64,000 nucleotides of DNA, taken from positions 1 through 64,000 of the IMG/VR virus record IMGVR_UViG_3300030102_006934; one strand, 5' to 3'. Each line of letters begins with the position of its first letter. The first letter of the stretch is position 1. Below, piece after piece: positions 37,508-47,908 of this stretch. A program made the translations under genes and the position numbers. Under the pieces are notes generated by a model. It worked only from the letters and a program-made list of their open reading frames with translations, was not told the DNA's origin and ran no database searches.

Positions 37508-38422
37508 ATGGCAACAGGAATTTACGGAACGGTTAGACCAGCAGATATGTCACCAGAAGATGTTGATATAAACGTGTTTTATGCACCAAATAGAGGTAGT
37601 CAAAATAGTAGAACATTTAAATTAGATTCTGGTAATCTAATACCAATAAACAACCCAAACAATACATCATCAAATTTTGAAATATTTGGTGGACTTTATA
37701 CGCTAAGACTACCAGTTAGTGATTTTTCAAATAAGGGTATATATACGATAGTATTTAAATCTGTTGAAATTAGAACTAAAATTATTGATTGCGGTGTTTT
37801 ATCATCATTTCCAGATATAAAAGGTGTTGTTTTTGACATCACAAAACCAGGTGTTGCACCATTTATAAATAAATTCCAAAATAATCAATTAATAGGTTAT
37901 AGAATTGAGTACCTAGCAAATGAAGGTTCTTCAGAAGATAGAAAAATAAAAAATACCTTTAGAATAATAACATCAAATAATAAGGCAGAGCCAGTTAATC
38001 AGAATCTTTCAGACACAAGTCAAAAAGCAATAAGATATAGATTTGACGATAATTCTAATCTAGTATTTTGTACTGTCTCCCCATCATCCCCAACAAACGT
38101 TAAACCAAATATACTACCATTTATAGGTACACCAAATCAAGATGTTATAATTACAAATACATATTTCACACCATTTGCGCTGGAGATTGAGATGGTTGAA
38201 TACGATATAGAGACATTAGCAGTTGGTTTATTTGGAAACCAAACCAAAAGTCTTGAAGATGGGATATACACTATATACAATTTCCAAAACGAAATATACA
38301 AACAATTTAATTTATTTGAAATTAAAGATAGATTTGATGGTAAACCACTGTTTGAAGTTAAGGAAAATAGATTTAATAATATTGATTTCACCAAAGGATT
38401 CGATGATATAGCAAACGTATAA
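37508..38422 (+). CDS. Putative baseplate structural protein
   Basis: 304 aa (MATGIYGTVRPAD...); structural cluster. Confidence 0.65.
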   Translation: MATGIYGTVRPADMSPEDVDINVFYAPNRGSQNSRTFKLDSGNLIPINNPNNTSSNFEIFGGLYTLRLPVSDFSNKGIYTIVFKSVEIRTKIIDCGVLSSFPDIKGVVFDITKPGVAPFINKFQNNQLIGYRIEYLANEGSSEDRKIKNTFRIITSNNKAEPVNQNLSDTSQKAIRYRFDDNSNLVFCTVSPSSPTNVKPNILPFIGTPNQDVIITNTYFTPFALEIEMVEYDIETLAVGLFGNQTKSLEDGIYTIYNFQNEIYKQFNLFEIKDRFDGKPLFEVKENRFNNIDFTKGFDDIANV

Positions 38423-38427
38423 ACCTA

Positions 38428-41220
38428 ATGAGCAATTCAAATGATAGAATAAAAGTAATAGGTTACGCACAAAGAGTTTTTTACGATAACGGAATCGAAT
38501 ATAGAAACTTTAGTGATGATTTAGTTGGTAATCAACTAACTAGTGATGGTGATGGCGAAAATTCTTTATTCACATTTGGTAACTTTGTAACAACTATAAA
38601 TGATAGTGGTAGGTTAAGTAGATTATATAGTAGTAAAAAATTTACCGCTTTTTATGATTTAGAAACTTTAGAGTTAAACAACGAAAGTGCAAAAATATTA
38701 TTAAACAATAATATAAAAACAACATTAAATTTAGACTCATCAAACCTATCTACTTTTGCTTATTTTGGTTCATCAACAGAGTACATAAGAGTTAGTTTAG
38801 AAAAAATAATAACAAATTGGCCAGCATCACTTTACCTGAACCCATTAAGGGAATCACAAATGCAAACAATTGCTGGTAATACATTTGAAAATTATATTTA
38901 TGATGATGTAACTGACTCTGCATCATTTAAGGTTGATACAAATTTTATAATTAATAACTATAATATTAATTATAAATCAAACGGAACAATATTAAATACC
39001 TTTAATGAAACCAACTCAATTAGAAACTTGTCAGATTCTTTTGAAAGTTATAGTATATTAATAAATTCTAAAGAATATGAAGTTATAGGTTTCAGTGGTT
39101 CAACAAATAACTTAGATGACCATATATTCTTTAAGGTCATTGGCGACCCATTTAGTGGTCTAACAAGCGGTTCTAACGAGTATCATATAAAACCAAAAGA
39201 ATTATTAGAAGAAAAATACTTTAACTCATTAAGTGAATTTGAAAGCAATCTATTAAATAGATTAACAACGCCAAAGTACACATCAAAATACAAATACAAA
39301 TTTGAAAATGATTTGGGTGAAATAGTCAACGGTAAAAAAACTCTAACATGGCCAGTATCTGACGGATATAATTTAGACTTTGATACACCTCAGTATATCA
39401 ACTATGTTAGTGATTTATTAGATGTTACTAGAAGTAAAGACGAAACACAAACAAATTTAATAGTTAGATTTTTAGTTGCAGAATCAATAACATCATTCGA
39501 TACAGCACCAACATGTGAAGGCGATATAACTGAAAACTTTGGTGAAAAAATTACCAGGACATTAAAAATATATGGTAGAGAATTTGATGAGATAAGAAGA
39601 TATATTACAGGTATAAAATATTCAAATGTCGTAAGTTATGATAAAAACAATAACATACCAGACCAATTAATAAAGTATTTAGCTAGAACTTTGGGGTGGG
39701 AACTAACATCTTCTTTAGTTGGTAACGATTTAATAACTAATTATTTAAAAGTCGGAACCTCTACATATCCAGGTTTCAGTAGGGGTTACACACCACAAGA
39801 AGCTGAGGTAGAATTATGGCGAAGACTCATACTAAATTCAGCTCATATTTGGAAAAGTAAGGGTAATAGAAACCCTATTGAGTTCTTTTTTAAAATGATA
39901 GGTACTCCAGATGGATTAATAAACTTTAATGAATATATTTACAAGGTTAAAAAACCCATAGATATGGATTTATTCTATAAAGTTCTAGAATATAATGATT
40001 TAGATACCGATTTAGAATATTATAACTTAGATAGTGAAGGATACCCAAAGTTTTTTAGAGATACACCAAACATGTACTTCCAAAAAGGTGGGGGCTGGTA
40101 TAGAGAAACAGCTGGCCCATCAGCAACTCAATACACACTAGTTGGTAACAATCCACATGTTGGCCCATATGACAGCGGTAAGGAATATATCGCACAATTA
40201 GAAAATATAATACCTAATTTTTCAGCTTTTACCATAACATCAACAACAGTAACTACAGGTACTACAAATTTATTTACCAATTATAATAATGGTATAATTA
40301 ATCAATATGACGGACAAACATATGTTGAGGCTCAGAGTACCGAAGGTGTAAATTTAGATGATGTAGTTCTATTGGAGACAAGTATAAAACCAGATGAATG
40401 TCCAGAACCAGAATTAACCGATTGTGGTTGTGATGTGCCAGAAGATGATGAGGCATTAGTAATAGGCGTGACAATGCCAGATGTTAAAGATGAAATAAAT
40501 TGTGATAACACCGATTTGATTCCAAATAAAGAATACGATGATATTGAAAATGTTTATCAATTCACCACTACCATAGACCAGCCAGGCGGGACTCCAATTA
40601 ATTTTAATTCAATATTTGTAAACCCATATTGTTGTGAAACTAAAGCCAACGGATACCCATACTTATATACGTCTTACAGTAGAAACATACCAAATATTCC
40701 AGAAAATCCAGCAGACGCAATAAGAATAATTCTAGATTCAGATGTGCCTTTAACTGAATTTAATAAAGGTTACATATGTTGTAAATCTCCAGGGATTATT
40801 AATGATATCGGTAAAAATGGTTGTGGATGTAAGTTATCATGTAATTGGAAATTAAAAGGTCCAAGATTAGTGGACATGTATAGGAGTAATAATAATAGTT
40901 ATTACCTATCTTTTATTGATGAAGAGGGTAATCAAAGGGTAGTTAATGAATCAGATTCATGTTTTTGCCCACTAACTTATACTTCTCCAGAAATAATAAC
41001 TGACCCATATACAAATAAACAAGGTTACGCATGTAAATTAAATAAAAATGCTGAAGATATAATGACAAGAGACCCAATAAGTAACAAAATATATCTTACG
41101 TTTAAGTTTAGGAACTGGGGTATAAATGAAATGGGTGCACCGTTTGGTTGTGATGAAGAGATAATCACAGTAGTTGGCGGTGACGATAACGACACCATTG
41201 GTGATATGGATAATAGTTAA
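38428..41220 (+). CDS. Baseplate wedge protein with P2 gpI / T4 gp7-like domain and Cys-rich C-terminus
   Basis: TLKIYGREFDEIRRYITGI...IPDQLIKYLARTLGW...LWRRLILNSAHIWKSKGNRNPIEFFFKMIG resembles the tail-I/gp7 pattern (L...LG.....KGT..GI). Confidence 0.65.
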   Translation: MSNSNDRIKVIGYAQRVFYDNGIEYRNFSDDLVGNQLTSDGDGENSLFTFGNFVTTINDSGRLSRLYSSKKFTAFYDLETLELNNESAKILLNNNIKTTLNLDSSNLSTFAYFGSSTEYIRVSLEKIITNWPASLYLNPLRESQMQTIAGNTFENYIYDDVTDSASFKVDTNFIINNYNINYKSNGTILNTFNETNSIRNLSDSFESYSILINSKEYEVIGFSGSTNNLDDHIFFKVIGDPFSGLTSGSNEYHIKPKELLEEKYFNSLSEFESNLLNRLTTPKYTSKYKYKFENDLGEIVNGKKTLTWPVSDGYNLDFDTPQYINYVSDLLDVTRSKDETQTNLIVRFLVAESITSFDTAPTCEGDITENFGEKITRTLKIYGREFDEIRRYITGIKYSNVVSYDKNNNIPDQLIKYLARTLGWELTSSLVGNDLITNYLKVGTSTYPGFSRGYTPQEAEVELWRRLILNSAHIWKSKGNRNPIEFFFKMIGTPDGLINFNEYIYKVKKPIDMDLFYKVLEYNDLDTDLEYYNLDSEGYPKFFRDTPNMYFQKGGGWYRETAGPSATQYTLVGNNPHVGPYDSGKEYIAQLENIIPNFSAFTITSTTVTTGTTNLFTNYNNGIINQYDGQTYVEAQSTEGVNLDDVVLLETSIKPDECPEPELTDCGCDVPEDDEALVIGVTMPDVKDEINCDNTDLIPNKEYDDIENVYQFTTTIDQPGGTPINFNSIFVNPYCCETKANGYPYLYTSYSRNIPNIPENPADAIRIILDSDVPLTEFNKGYICCKSPGIINDIGKNGCGCKLSCNWKLKGPRLVDMYRSNNNSYYLSFIDEEGNQRVVNESDSCFCPLTYTSPEIITDPYTNKQGYACKLNKNAEDIMTRDPISNKIYLTFKFRNWGINEMGAPFGCDEEIITVVGGDDNDTIGDMDNS

Positions 41221-41226
41221 AATATG

Positions 41227-41256
41227 TTTACTAATTTTAGTTACAAACTATATTAA
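41227..41256 (+). promoter_or_regulatory. Possible second-class promoter TTTACT-N16-TATATT
   Basis: TTTACT 41227-41232 and TATATT 41249-41254, upstream of 41284. Confidence 0.4.
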
Positions 41257-41283
41257 ATGATAATTATATAATAAAAAAGAATA

Positions 41284-41964
41284 ATGTTTAGATTCGACTG
41301 TTTTAAATCAAAAGATGAATATACACAAAAGGGTTATAATTTAGTTGAGAACCCCAATGGAACCGTATCTTTGTTTACACCAGAGGGCGTAAACTATACC
41401 AGCTTATTAATGAACAAGAGCTGCTGTGAAGCTATAGGTTACACTTTTGATATTGAAAACCAAAATTGTTTATGGAAAAGCCTTGATGGTGCCAGTGAAG
41501 ACGAAGGATTTAAAATAATATTAAACCCAGAAGGTAACAATGGTGCGCTATTTGGTGTTGATGATAATGAAACCTGTTGTCTAGATATTTCATTTGATTA
41601 TATGTTTAAGTTTGATTGCTCTGATTTAATTAATGCAACAACTGATACAACAGTAGTAACTAGCGGTGGTAATGAGGAAGAAATATCTAAACTTAAAGAA
41701 GCATTAAATCAAAATAACCAGCTAATAGAACAGTATCAAAACCTAATAAATACGTACAATGAAGTTCCTTACGTTATTGAATGTAGAGAAAATGGTGATA
41801 TTTCAGCAACAATAGATAGCGGAACAAGTCTATATGACGGTAGAAATTCTAGTAGCGCATATATGAATACAGGCACAATAAACAAAAGTAATCAAAGCAC
41901 AAGAAGGGGCAGCACTAGTAGTAGTAATTCAAATAACGGAAATATAAACTTACCAGGTTACTAA
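41284..41964 (+). CDS. Cys-rich putative structural protein
   Basis: 226 aa; KSCCEAIGY, TCCLDISFDY, a short coiled coil, and a Ser/Asn-rich tail. Confidence 0.7.
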   Translation: MFRFDCFKSKDEYTQKGYNLVENPNGTVSLFTPEGVNYTSLLMNKSCCEAIGYTFDIENQNCLWKSLDGASEDEGFKIILNPEGNNGALFGVDDNETCCLDISFDYMFKFDCSDLINATTDTTVVTSGGNEEEISKLKEALNQNNQLIEQYQNLINTYNEVPYVIECRENGDISATIDSGTSLYDGRNSSSAYMNTGTINKSNQSTRRGSTSSSNSNNGNINLPGY

Positions 41965-41965
41965 T

Positions 41966-44866
41966 ATGGGTGAAACAATAACACAAAATCCAGGATGCTT
42001 AACACTAGGTGACACTTGTTACGGGGCCAGACAAGACCCCAATAAACCAATTGATTACCATGATGGTCTATATTGTTGTGGCGTTATAATAAAAGACGAT
42101 GATGATGGTAATACTGAATTAGTGGGAGACGTTAAGGGTGACGGAAAAAACCCAAATACTGGTCAGTCAATATATAAAAAGCTATGTTTAACAGAACTAG
42201 GCTTAACGTATTGGGCTCAAATTTTAGGGCAAGACTATAATGCTTGGTTTAATAGCGGTGGGGCAGATACAACACTATATGGTTGTGAGGAAATATCTCA
42301 ACTAGAAGAAATTCAAAATAATGTTGGCCAACCCCTTTACACAGATGACTGTGACTATAAAGTATCCGAAAAGGGAAAAGCTTTAACAGAAATACAACAA
42401 TACGGTAAACTTATTCAACAATTAACTAAACAAAACGCAAATATAAAAAATCAAATAGCAGAATTAGAGAGCCAGACAACTACTACCACCATAAAAGCGG
42501 CATGTACATCATATGTTGATTTATTCGAAAATTTTAACGTATCATTTGCCTTAGAGGTTTTGTCTGGTAACACGTATACACCAGTATATGAAGAAACAAT
42601 TTTTAATATAGGTGCTGGAAACCTTTGGAATTATATAGTTGAAAGTAGTGGTAATACTGGAATTATAATAGGGGATTCAAACATAACATTAGGTGAGGAA
42701 ACCGATTTAGAAACAGATTGTAATGACAAACTAATAAATAACATTATAAGTGAAGTGGGTAGATTAATACCACAAGGAGACACTAAAGAGCCAGTAGAGC
42801 CGACAGACGGAATAGAAACAATAGACGGAAGAACACCAACAGATACAAGAGTACCAATAGACGGAAGAACACCAACAGATACAAGAGTGCCATCGTCATT
42901 AAAACCAGTCACACCGTATAGACCAGATGGTTTACCTTTTGAACCAATAGACCCAGTTAAACCAGTTAAACCAGATTTTAAAGAAATATTATTTGGTTGG
43001 TGGGATTCATGCTGGTTAAAATTCAAAGCAGATATATGTGATAGGGAAACTATTAATAAGATAATAAATCAGAAAATAAACATGGTTTTTTATATTAATA
43101 ATAGCTGTGTTGATTTCCAAATAATGTTAGATAGGGTAAAACTAACAAAAACATGTCAAAAAACAATAAATGAGGAAACATTCATATCCGAACCACCTAA
43201 ATTTGAAATAACTAAAGTTATTGATAACAAAAAATCATGGGTAGCCTTAGATAGTAAAGATGAAAGGTTTTACGATTTAAAATATAGGCCAACGGAGTAT
43301 GACGTTAACCACCATAAGTTAGTTATAAATACAAAAGAAATTGACTTAAATTTATCGCCAGCCAGAGCTGTTGAACAAGACGTTTGGTGCTATATGAATG
43401 ATAACGATATTCTAGCCTGTAGTGGCACATCTAATCCTCAAATTAATTGTATTTTCAAGTGGGCACCTTATCAGATAAACAGTCCACTACCAGAAATAAC
43501 TAATGTATGGGATTACAATTCAAGCACTAATGCAAGTACAAGTTATAATAACTCAGTCCAGAATCAAATTAACATTGTAAAGTTATCAGATGGAGATTTA
43601 GTTATTCCAACGATAATTATTCTTGACCCAGATGGAAATCCATTAGTGGACGGGGGTACTTATACTTTTGAATTTTATTTAAGTAGGAATACCAGTTATC
43701 AAAATGTTTTCCCTAACGACAGTTTCACGATTCAGTTTGGTAATGGCCCTGATGCCACTATAATTACTATTGATGAAAATACATCAGAAGGATTGTATCA
43801 ATTTGAAGTTACTGCTTCACAAGGAAGTCTTGGGGCCAATCAAATGATTATAACTATAATTAATGATAATCTAGGTACGATTAGTTCAGCTTATACAATA
43901 GAAGATTTTAGAATTGGAGCTGAGGATTGTTCCAATGAAGAAGATTGCGGGGACAATTGTATAGACCTTAGTGGAAAACTAACAACCGATTTGGTTGAAG
44001 TTGATTCAGTGGAAGAATTTACAAATATAATATATTCAGAATTAATAGATGCTAAGAACAGACAAACAATTAGTGCTTACCCAACACTTAAATTATTGTA
44101 TGAAAGATATAACTATAACTCATTAGATTTTTCAAATTTTCAAAGTAGTCAATATGATTATTTTGATATGGATAATTTTGGTTTAAATGTTAACAACTAT
44201 TGGGTAGACCTAATAGAACAAGTAGTTCCAGCAACCACAATATGGGAATCAACTTATGAATATAGAAATACTGTATTTGATACCCAGAAATACAAATATA
44301 GACATAATAATATATATTGGGGTAGAGACCCATCAGGTCAGTTTCCATTTAGCGCTGTATCATCTGACAACTCAGTTAGTGTAATAGTTGAAGAGTTACC
44401 ACCTGTAGATATAAATGAAACTAAACCATTACCAATCACTTCACCAGTTATTGGTGATGATGGGGAGATAATAGTTAGACCAAACGAACCAGCCGAACCA
44501 GTTAGCCCAGTCGAACCAGTTAGACCAGTTGAACCAGTAGAGCCAGTTAGACCAGTCGAACCAGTAGGTGAAAGTTCATCAAGAAATAAAAGAAGTGAGG
44601 AAGAAAAAATAAAAGAACAAAAAGAATTAAAAGATAAATACGAATTAGAGAGCCAGTACGATTCAGTAATTGTAAAACCACTCAAACCAGTGGTAATGGA
44701 GGTAAGTGGCGTTTGGGAAATGCAACACACATGTTCGCCAGAATTTTTAGGTACGGTTAATATTATTAGCGACATTAAAGACCCAGACATTAAAGACCCA
44801 AATACTGGGGTTGGTGTAATAACGATAGGTAATGGAGGTATAAAAGTACCCCCATCAAATTCATAA
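41966..44866 (+). CDS. Large putative baseplate/tail structural protein with Pro-rich repeats
   Basis: 966 aa; ATG 1 nt after the upstream stop; Pro-rich repeat inserts; C-terminal YWVDLIEQVVPATTIW...YRNTVFD segment. Confidence 0.7.
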   Translation: MGETITQNPGCLTLGDTCYGARQDPNKPIDYHDGLYCCGVIIKDDDDGNTELVGDVKGDGKNPNTGQSIYKKLCLTELGLTYWAQILGQDYNAWFNSGGADTTLYGCEEISQLEEIQNNVGQPLYTDDCDYKVSEKGKALTEIQQYGKLIQQLTKQNANIKNQIAELESQTTTTTIKAACTSYVDLFENFNVSFALEVLSGNTYTPVYEETIFNIGAGNLWNYIVESSGNTGIIIGDSNITLGEETDLETDCNDKLINNIISEVGRLIPQGDTKEPVEPTDGIETIDGRTPTDTRVPIDGRTPTDTRVPSSLKPVTPYRPDGLPFEPIDPVKPVKPDFKEILFGWWDSCWLKFKADICDRETINKIINQKINMVFYINNSCVDFQIMLDRVKLTKTCQKTINEETFISEPPKFEITKVIDNKKSWVALDSKDERFYDLKYRPTEYDVNHHKLVINTKEIDLNLSPARAVEQDVWCYMNDNDILACSGTSNPQINCIFKWAPYQINSPLPEITNVWDYNSSTNASTSYNNSVQNQINIVKLSDGDLVIPTIIILDPDGNPLVDGGTYTFEFYLSRNTSYQNVFPNDSFTIQFGNGPDATIITIDENTSEGLYQFEVTASQGSLGANQMIITIINDNLGTISSAYTIEDFRIGAEDCSNEEDCGDNCIDLSGKLTTDLVEVDSVEEFTNIIYSELIDAKNRQTISAYPTLKLLYERYNYNSLDFSNFQSSQYDYFDMDNFGLNVNNYWVDLIEQVVPATTIWESTYEYRNTVFDTQKYKYRHNNIYWGRDPSGQFPFSAVSSDNSVSVIVEELPPVDINETKPLPITSPVIGDDGEIIVRPNEPAEPVSPVEPVRPVEPVEPVRPVEPVGESSSRNKRSEEEKIKEQKELKDKYELESQYDSVIVKPLKPVVMEVSGVWEMQHTCSPEFLGTVNIISDIKDPDIKDPNTGVGVITIGNGGIKVPPSNS
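42819..42888 (+). repeat. 36-bp-period tandem duplication (IDGRTPTDTRVP x2)
   Basis: CAATAGACGGAAGAACACCAACAGATACAAGAGT at 42819 and 42855. Confidence 0.9.
44486..44566 (+). repeat. 9-bp-period (E/R/S)PV tripeptide repeat
   Basis: EPAEPVSPVEPVRPVEPVEPVRPVEPV, encoded by gaaccagt/agaccagt units. Confidence 0.85.
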
Positions 44867-44879
44867 AAAAAATTATAAA

Positions 44880-44887
44880 TATTTATA
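44880..44887 (+). promoter_or_regulatory. Putative late-promoter motif TATTTATA
   Basis: Exact motif ending 5 nt before the ATG at 44893. Confidence 0.4.
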
Positions 44888-44892
44888 TATAA

Positions 44893-45150
44893 ATGCCAAA
44901 ATTTATACAAAATATAAGCGGAAGTCTAGTACAAAACTTAAAAGATACAATACACACAATAAATTTTATTGAGTCCAAGTTTGGGTATGGAGATTATTTT
45001 GAATTAGGTTATTATGAAGCCTTTCTACAAGATTTAAGAAAAGTTAATAGTAGTGAGGATTTAAATATAAATAGTGATTTTGGCGTTGCAAGAAATAGAA
45101 ACAAAGTATTTGAAACTATAGAGGTTTCAGAAAAATTAAATGTTACTTAA
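44893..45150 (+). CDS. Small hypothetical protein
   Basis: 85-aa ORF filling the gap between structural genes. Confidence 0.65.
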   Translation: MPKFIQNISGSLVQNLKDTIHTINFIESKFGYGDYFELGYYEAFLQDLRKVNSSEDLNINSDFGVARNRNKVFETIEVSEKLNVT

Positions 45151-45151
45151 C

Positions 45152-47851
45152 ATGAGATATCAAGATAGAATATATAATCAAAATGGAAACAATATTAGGA
45201 ATCGCACAATAGCGTTACCTAACACTAGTTCAGATATCTCCACATTTGAGATACCATTATTTACTATGAGCGGTGCTAGTAAGATAGATTGTAGCGAAGT
45301 AATATGTGATTTAAGCGGTGTTTCATATACAAATATTTTAACAGCGACAACTGATTGTTTCATATCTAACGGATTAGACGGTAGCTGTTTTAATAATATT
45401 AATTGGAATACTAATATATATGAGGATGATAATTTAGTTTATTCAGAGCAGTTCTATAAATCTTCACACATTGGAGATATAGCTAATGAATCATCATTCA
45501 CTGGTTCAGTAGTTACTGCATTTAAAGATTTAAAGTATGACTACTCAATGAGTGGTTCACAATACACACTAAGTCAAAAAGGTTTTAACAACTTAAAAAT
45601 AGAAATTGAAACAGAAATAAAATATGATAATAACTGCTTAATAACTGGTGGTACTGCAACAGGGGAAACATATTGTTATTGTCCAAGTGGATACGACTTA
45701 ACACCAGCAAATGACGCATGTCAAAAAATAATAACAACTGCTGCAACATTTAACGGAGCTGGTATATCAGTCTCGCCTGGAGATACTTCAATAGCATATT
45801 CTTTTGATGGTGCTTATTTTTACCAAGACATAACCAATATAACCGATTTACCAATAACTAGAAGTGCTGATGTTATTGATTTAGAAACACAAAGTGGCGG
45901 GACAATAACATGGACAGATAGAAACAATAACCCAGCCAATACCTTTTGGAAGAACGCCTCAACAACAACAGACGGACGATTAAATAATGTTGGTATAACA
46001 GCATCCACAAGTGAATTTTTAGGATTTTCGGATTGTATAGACATAAATACTGGTGGGTTATATTATGTGGCATTAGCCGCAGATAACTTATTTAAGTTTA
46101 GTATAGACGGAGAATTAATATTAGAATTCAATATAGACCACACCAAAAATTTTAAAATATGGCATGTATTTCCATACACCTTTAGTTCTGGAAAACACAT
46201 TATAGAAATGCAAGGTAAAAATGATAGTTTAGACGCTTCTTTTGGCGCTGAAATATATAACCCAACAGACTTTGCCACATTAACTGGTGCTACAACAACT
46301 GGTGATACTGGTTTAATATTTAGTACGTTTGATAGAATAGGCACTAATTTTGATGTTGGAGACACAATGGGATATTCATGTCCCACAGGTTATGCGTTAG
46401 ATTTTTGTGACACAACACCTAAGTGTTCAAAAATACTAAATACTGGAACAACATGTGTGTTCACTGGCACATGTAGTGGAGATACAGAAGTTGTTTGTGA
46501 TTTAGAATTTAGTGGTTTAACTAGTGGTGATACAAACGTACACATAATAACAGGTCAAACAGATATAGAACTAAATTTCACATTTACTGAAAATCTACAA
46601 AACCTTAGCGGTAATACGGTTTTTAAATATGATATTCATAAATACAACAATAGTGTTAATAAATTTTTCAAAAACCCAGTATATACTTCTGAGGAGTTTT
46701 ACTGGAAAGATTTTAGCGGAACCAGTGCATTTTCTGCAACAGTTAAAGTTGACGATATAGATGTTGATGGTGACTATCTAGTTAGAGGTTATTACATACA
46801 CGATGCCCTTACTCAATATCAATCATTATTAGGCACTAAACTAGTGAGCCCTAAAATAAGTATGGGTAGTGAATACTCAATATACCAACCATATAAAGAT
46901 TTTTATTTTACCTCATTTACACCAGCAGAAAAACCGAAACTAAATGATTTTAGTACAGACACGGGTTCTAATTTAGGTGCATTAACTGTTAATAGCCAAA
47001 TATTAGATGGAAGTACAAATTCATTTGTTATTGGTAACTCATATGGTAGATATATAGTTTCACTAAACGGAATTACATTAGGTGAAACTTTAGATTATAC
47101 TTTGGAGGAAATTAATACGGAAGACGTAAATTCTACAGGCACTACAACCTACCCAACAGTAGTACTAAATCTGAGCGGAGACACTAAAAAAGGGGACATA
47201 TTAACTATTGGTAGAGTTGGTAAAGAAACCACTGGAAGAAGCATAATATATGATAATCACATAATTGATAAACCAATCATTAGTGGAGATACAAATAACC
47301 AAGGAGATGAGTTTATTTACTATAATACAACAACCAGTAAATATGAAATGTATACAAAATATGAAATATCAGAAAGTAATGATGTTATTGTTACTTTAAA
47401 TGGTGTTAAATTAGCAAACAACATTGATTATTTTAAATCAACATCAGACCCTAGGAGAATAATATTTATGGGTGAAATATTAGTTGGTGATATAGTTAAT
47501 ATTTTTTACAATTCAGACGGTTCATTAGTTGGTAATATTAATACAACAACACTTGGTGTTTCATGGAACCTAGATAAAACACCAAAAGACACTAATGGGC
47601 TTTTTACCCTTGAATTAAGTGATGAAAAAGATTTCATTAATATATTATCGTCTGAAGACGTCAATTATATTACTAATATTTCTACATATCAAGCTACAAT
47701 ACCATTAAATGGTTCGGCTGGAGACGTAAGGTATTATAGAGTTAAAAATAAAAAAAGCTATATAGATATGTGCGGAAACCCTATAATTACTATAGCACAC
47801 AGTAAAGTTAATGAAATAACAATACAAACAAATGCAGATAATTCATACTAA
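45152..47851 (+). CDS. Tail fibre / receptor-binding-like protein with PA14-like domain and CxCPxGY Cys modules (ORF track start 45140)
   Basis: CYCPSGYDLTPANDAC and SCPTGYALDFC flank GLYYVALAADNLFKFSIDGELI...FSSGKHIIEMQG (PA14-like). Repeated LNGITLGETLDY / LNGVKLANNIDY units. Thr/Gly-rich. Confidence 0.6.
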   Translation: MRYQDRIYNQNGNNIRNRTIALPNTSSDISTFEIPLFTMSGASKIDCSEVICDLSGVSYTNILTATTDCFISNGLDGSCFNNINWNTNIYEDDNLVYSEQFYKSSHIGDIANESSFTGSVVTAFKDLKYDYSMSGSQYTLSQKGFNNLKIEIETEIKYDNNCLITGGTATGETYCYCPSGYDLTPANDACQKIITTAATFNGAGISVSPGDTSIAYSFDGAYFYQDITNITDLPITRSADVIDLETQSGGTITWTDRNNNPANTFWKNASTTTDGRLNNVGITASTSEFLGFSDCIDINTGGLYYVALAADNLFKFSIDGELILEFNIDHTKNFKIWHVFPYTFSSGKHIIEMQGKNDSLDASFGAEIYNPTDFATLTGATTTGDTGLIFSTFDRIGTNFDVGDTMGYSCPTGYALDFCDTTPKCSKILNTGTTCVFTGTCSGDTEVVCDLEFSGLTSGDTNVHIITGQTDIELNFTFTENLQNLSGNTVFKYDIHKYNNSVNKFFKNPVYTSEEFYWKDFSGTSAFSATVKVDDIDVDGDYLVRGYYIHDALTQYQSLLGTKLVSPKISMGSEYSIYQPYKDFYFTSFTPAEKPKLNDFSTDTGSNLGALTVNSQILDGSTNSFVIGNSYGRYIVSLNGITLGETLDYTLEEINTEDVNSTGTTTYPTVVLNLSGDTKKGDILTIGRVGKETTGRSIIYDNHIIDKPIISGDTNNQGDEFIYYNTTTSKYEMYTKYEISESNDVIVTLNGVKLANNIDYFKSTSDPRRIIFMGEILVGDIVNIFYNSDGSLVGNINTTTLGVSWNLDKTPKDTNGLFTLELSDEKDFINILSSEDVNYITNISTYQATIPLNGSAGDVRYYRVKNKKSYIDMCGNPIITIAHSKVNEITIQTNADNSY

Positions 47852-47866
47852 ATCTTTATTTTTTAG

Positions 47867-47904
47867 TATTTATTATTAAAATAAGGTAAAAGAGAATATT
47901 TATA
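47867..47904 (+). promoter_or_regulatory. Tandem putative late-promoter motifs
   Basis: TATTTATT 47867-47874 and TATTTATA 47897-47904, before the ATG at 47909. Confidence 0.45.
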
Positions 47905-47908
47905 AGAT

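Noticed and set aside
1680-38411. Short alternative-frame + strand ORFs (1680-1901, 12628-12855, 17435-17656, 33552-33797, 38223-38411)
   Set aside because: Nested in larger genes, with no start context or recognisable motifs.
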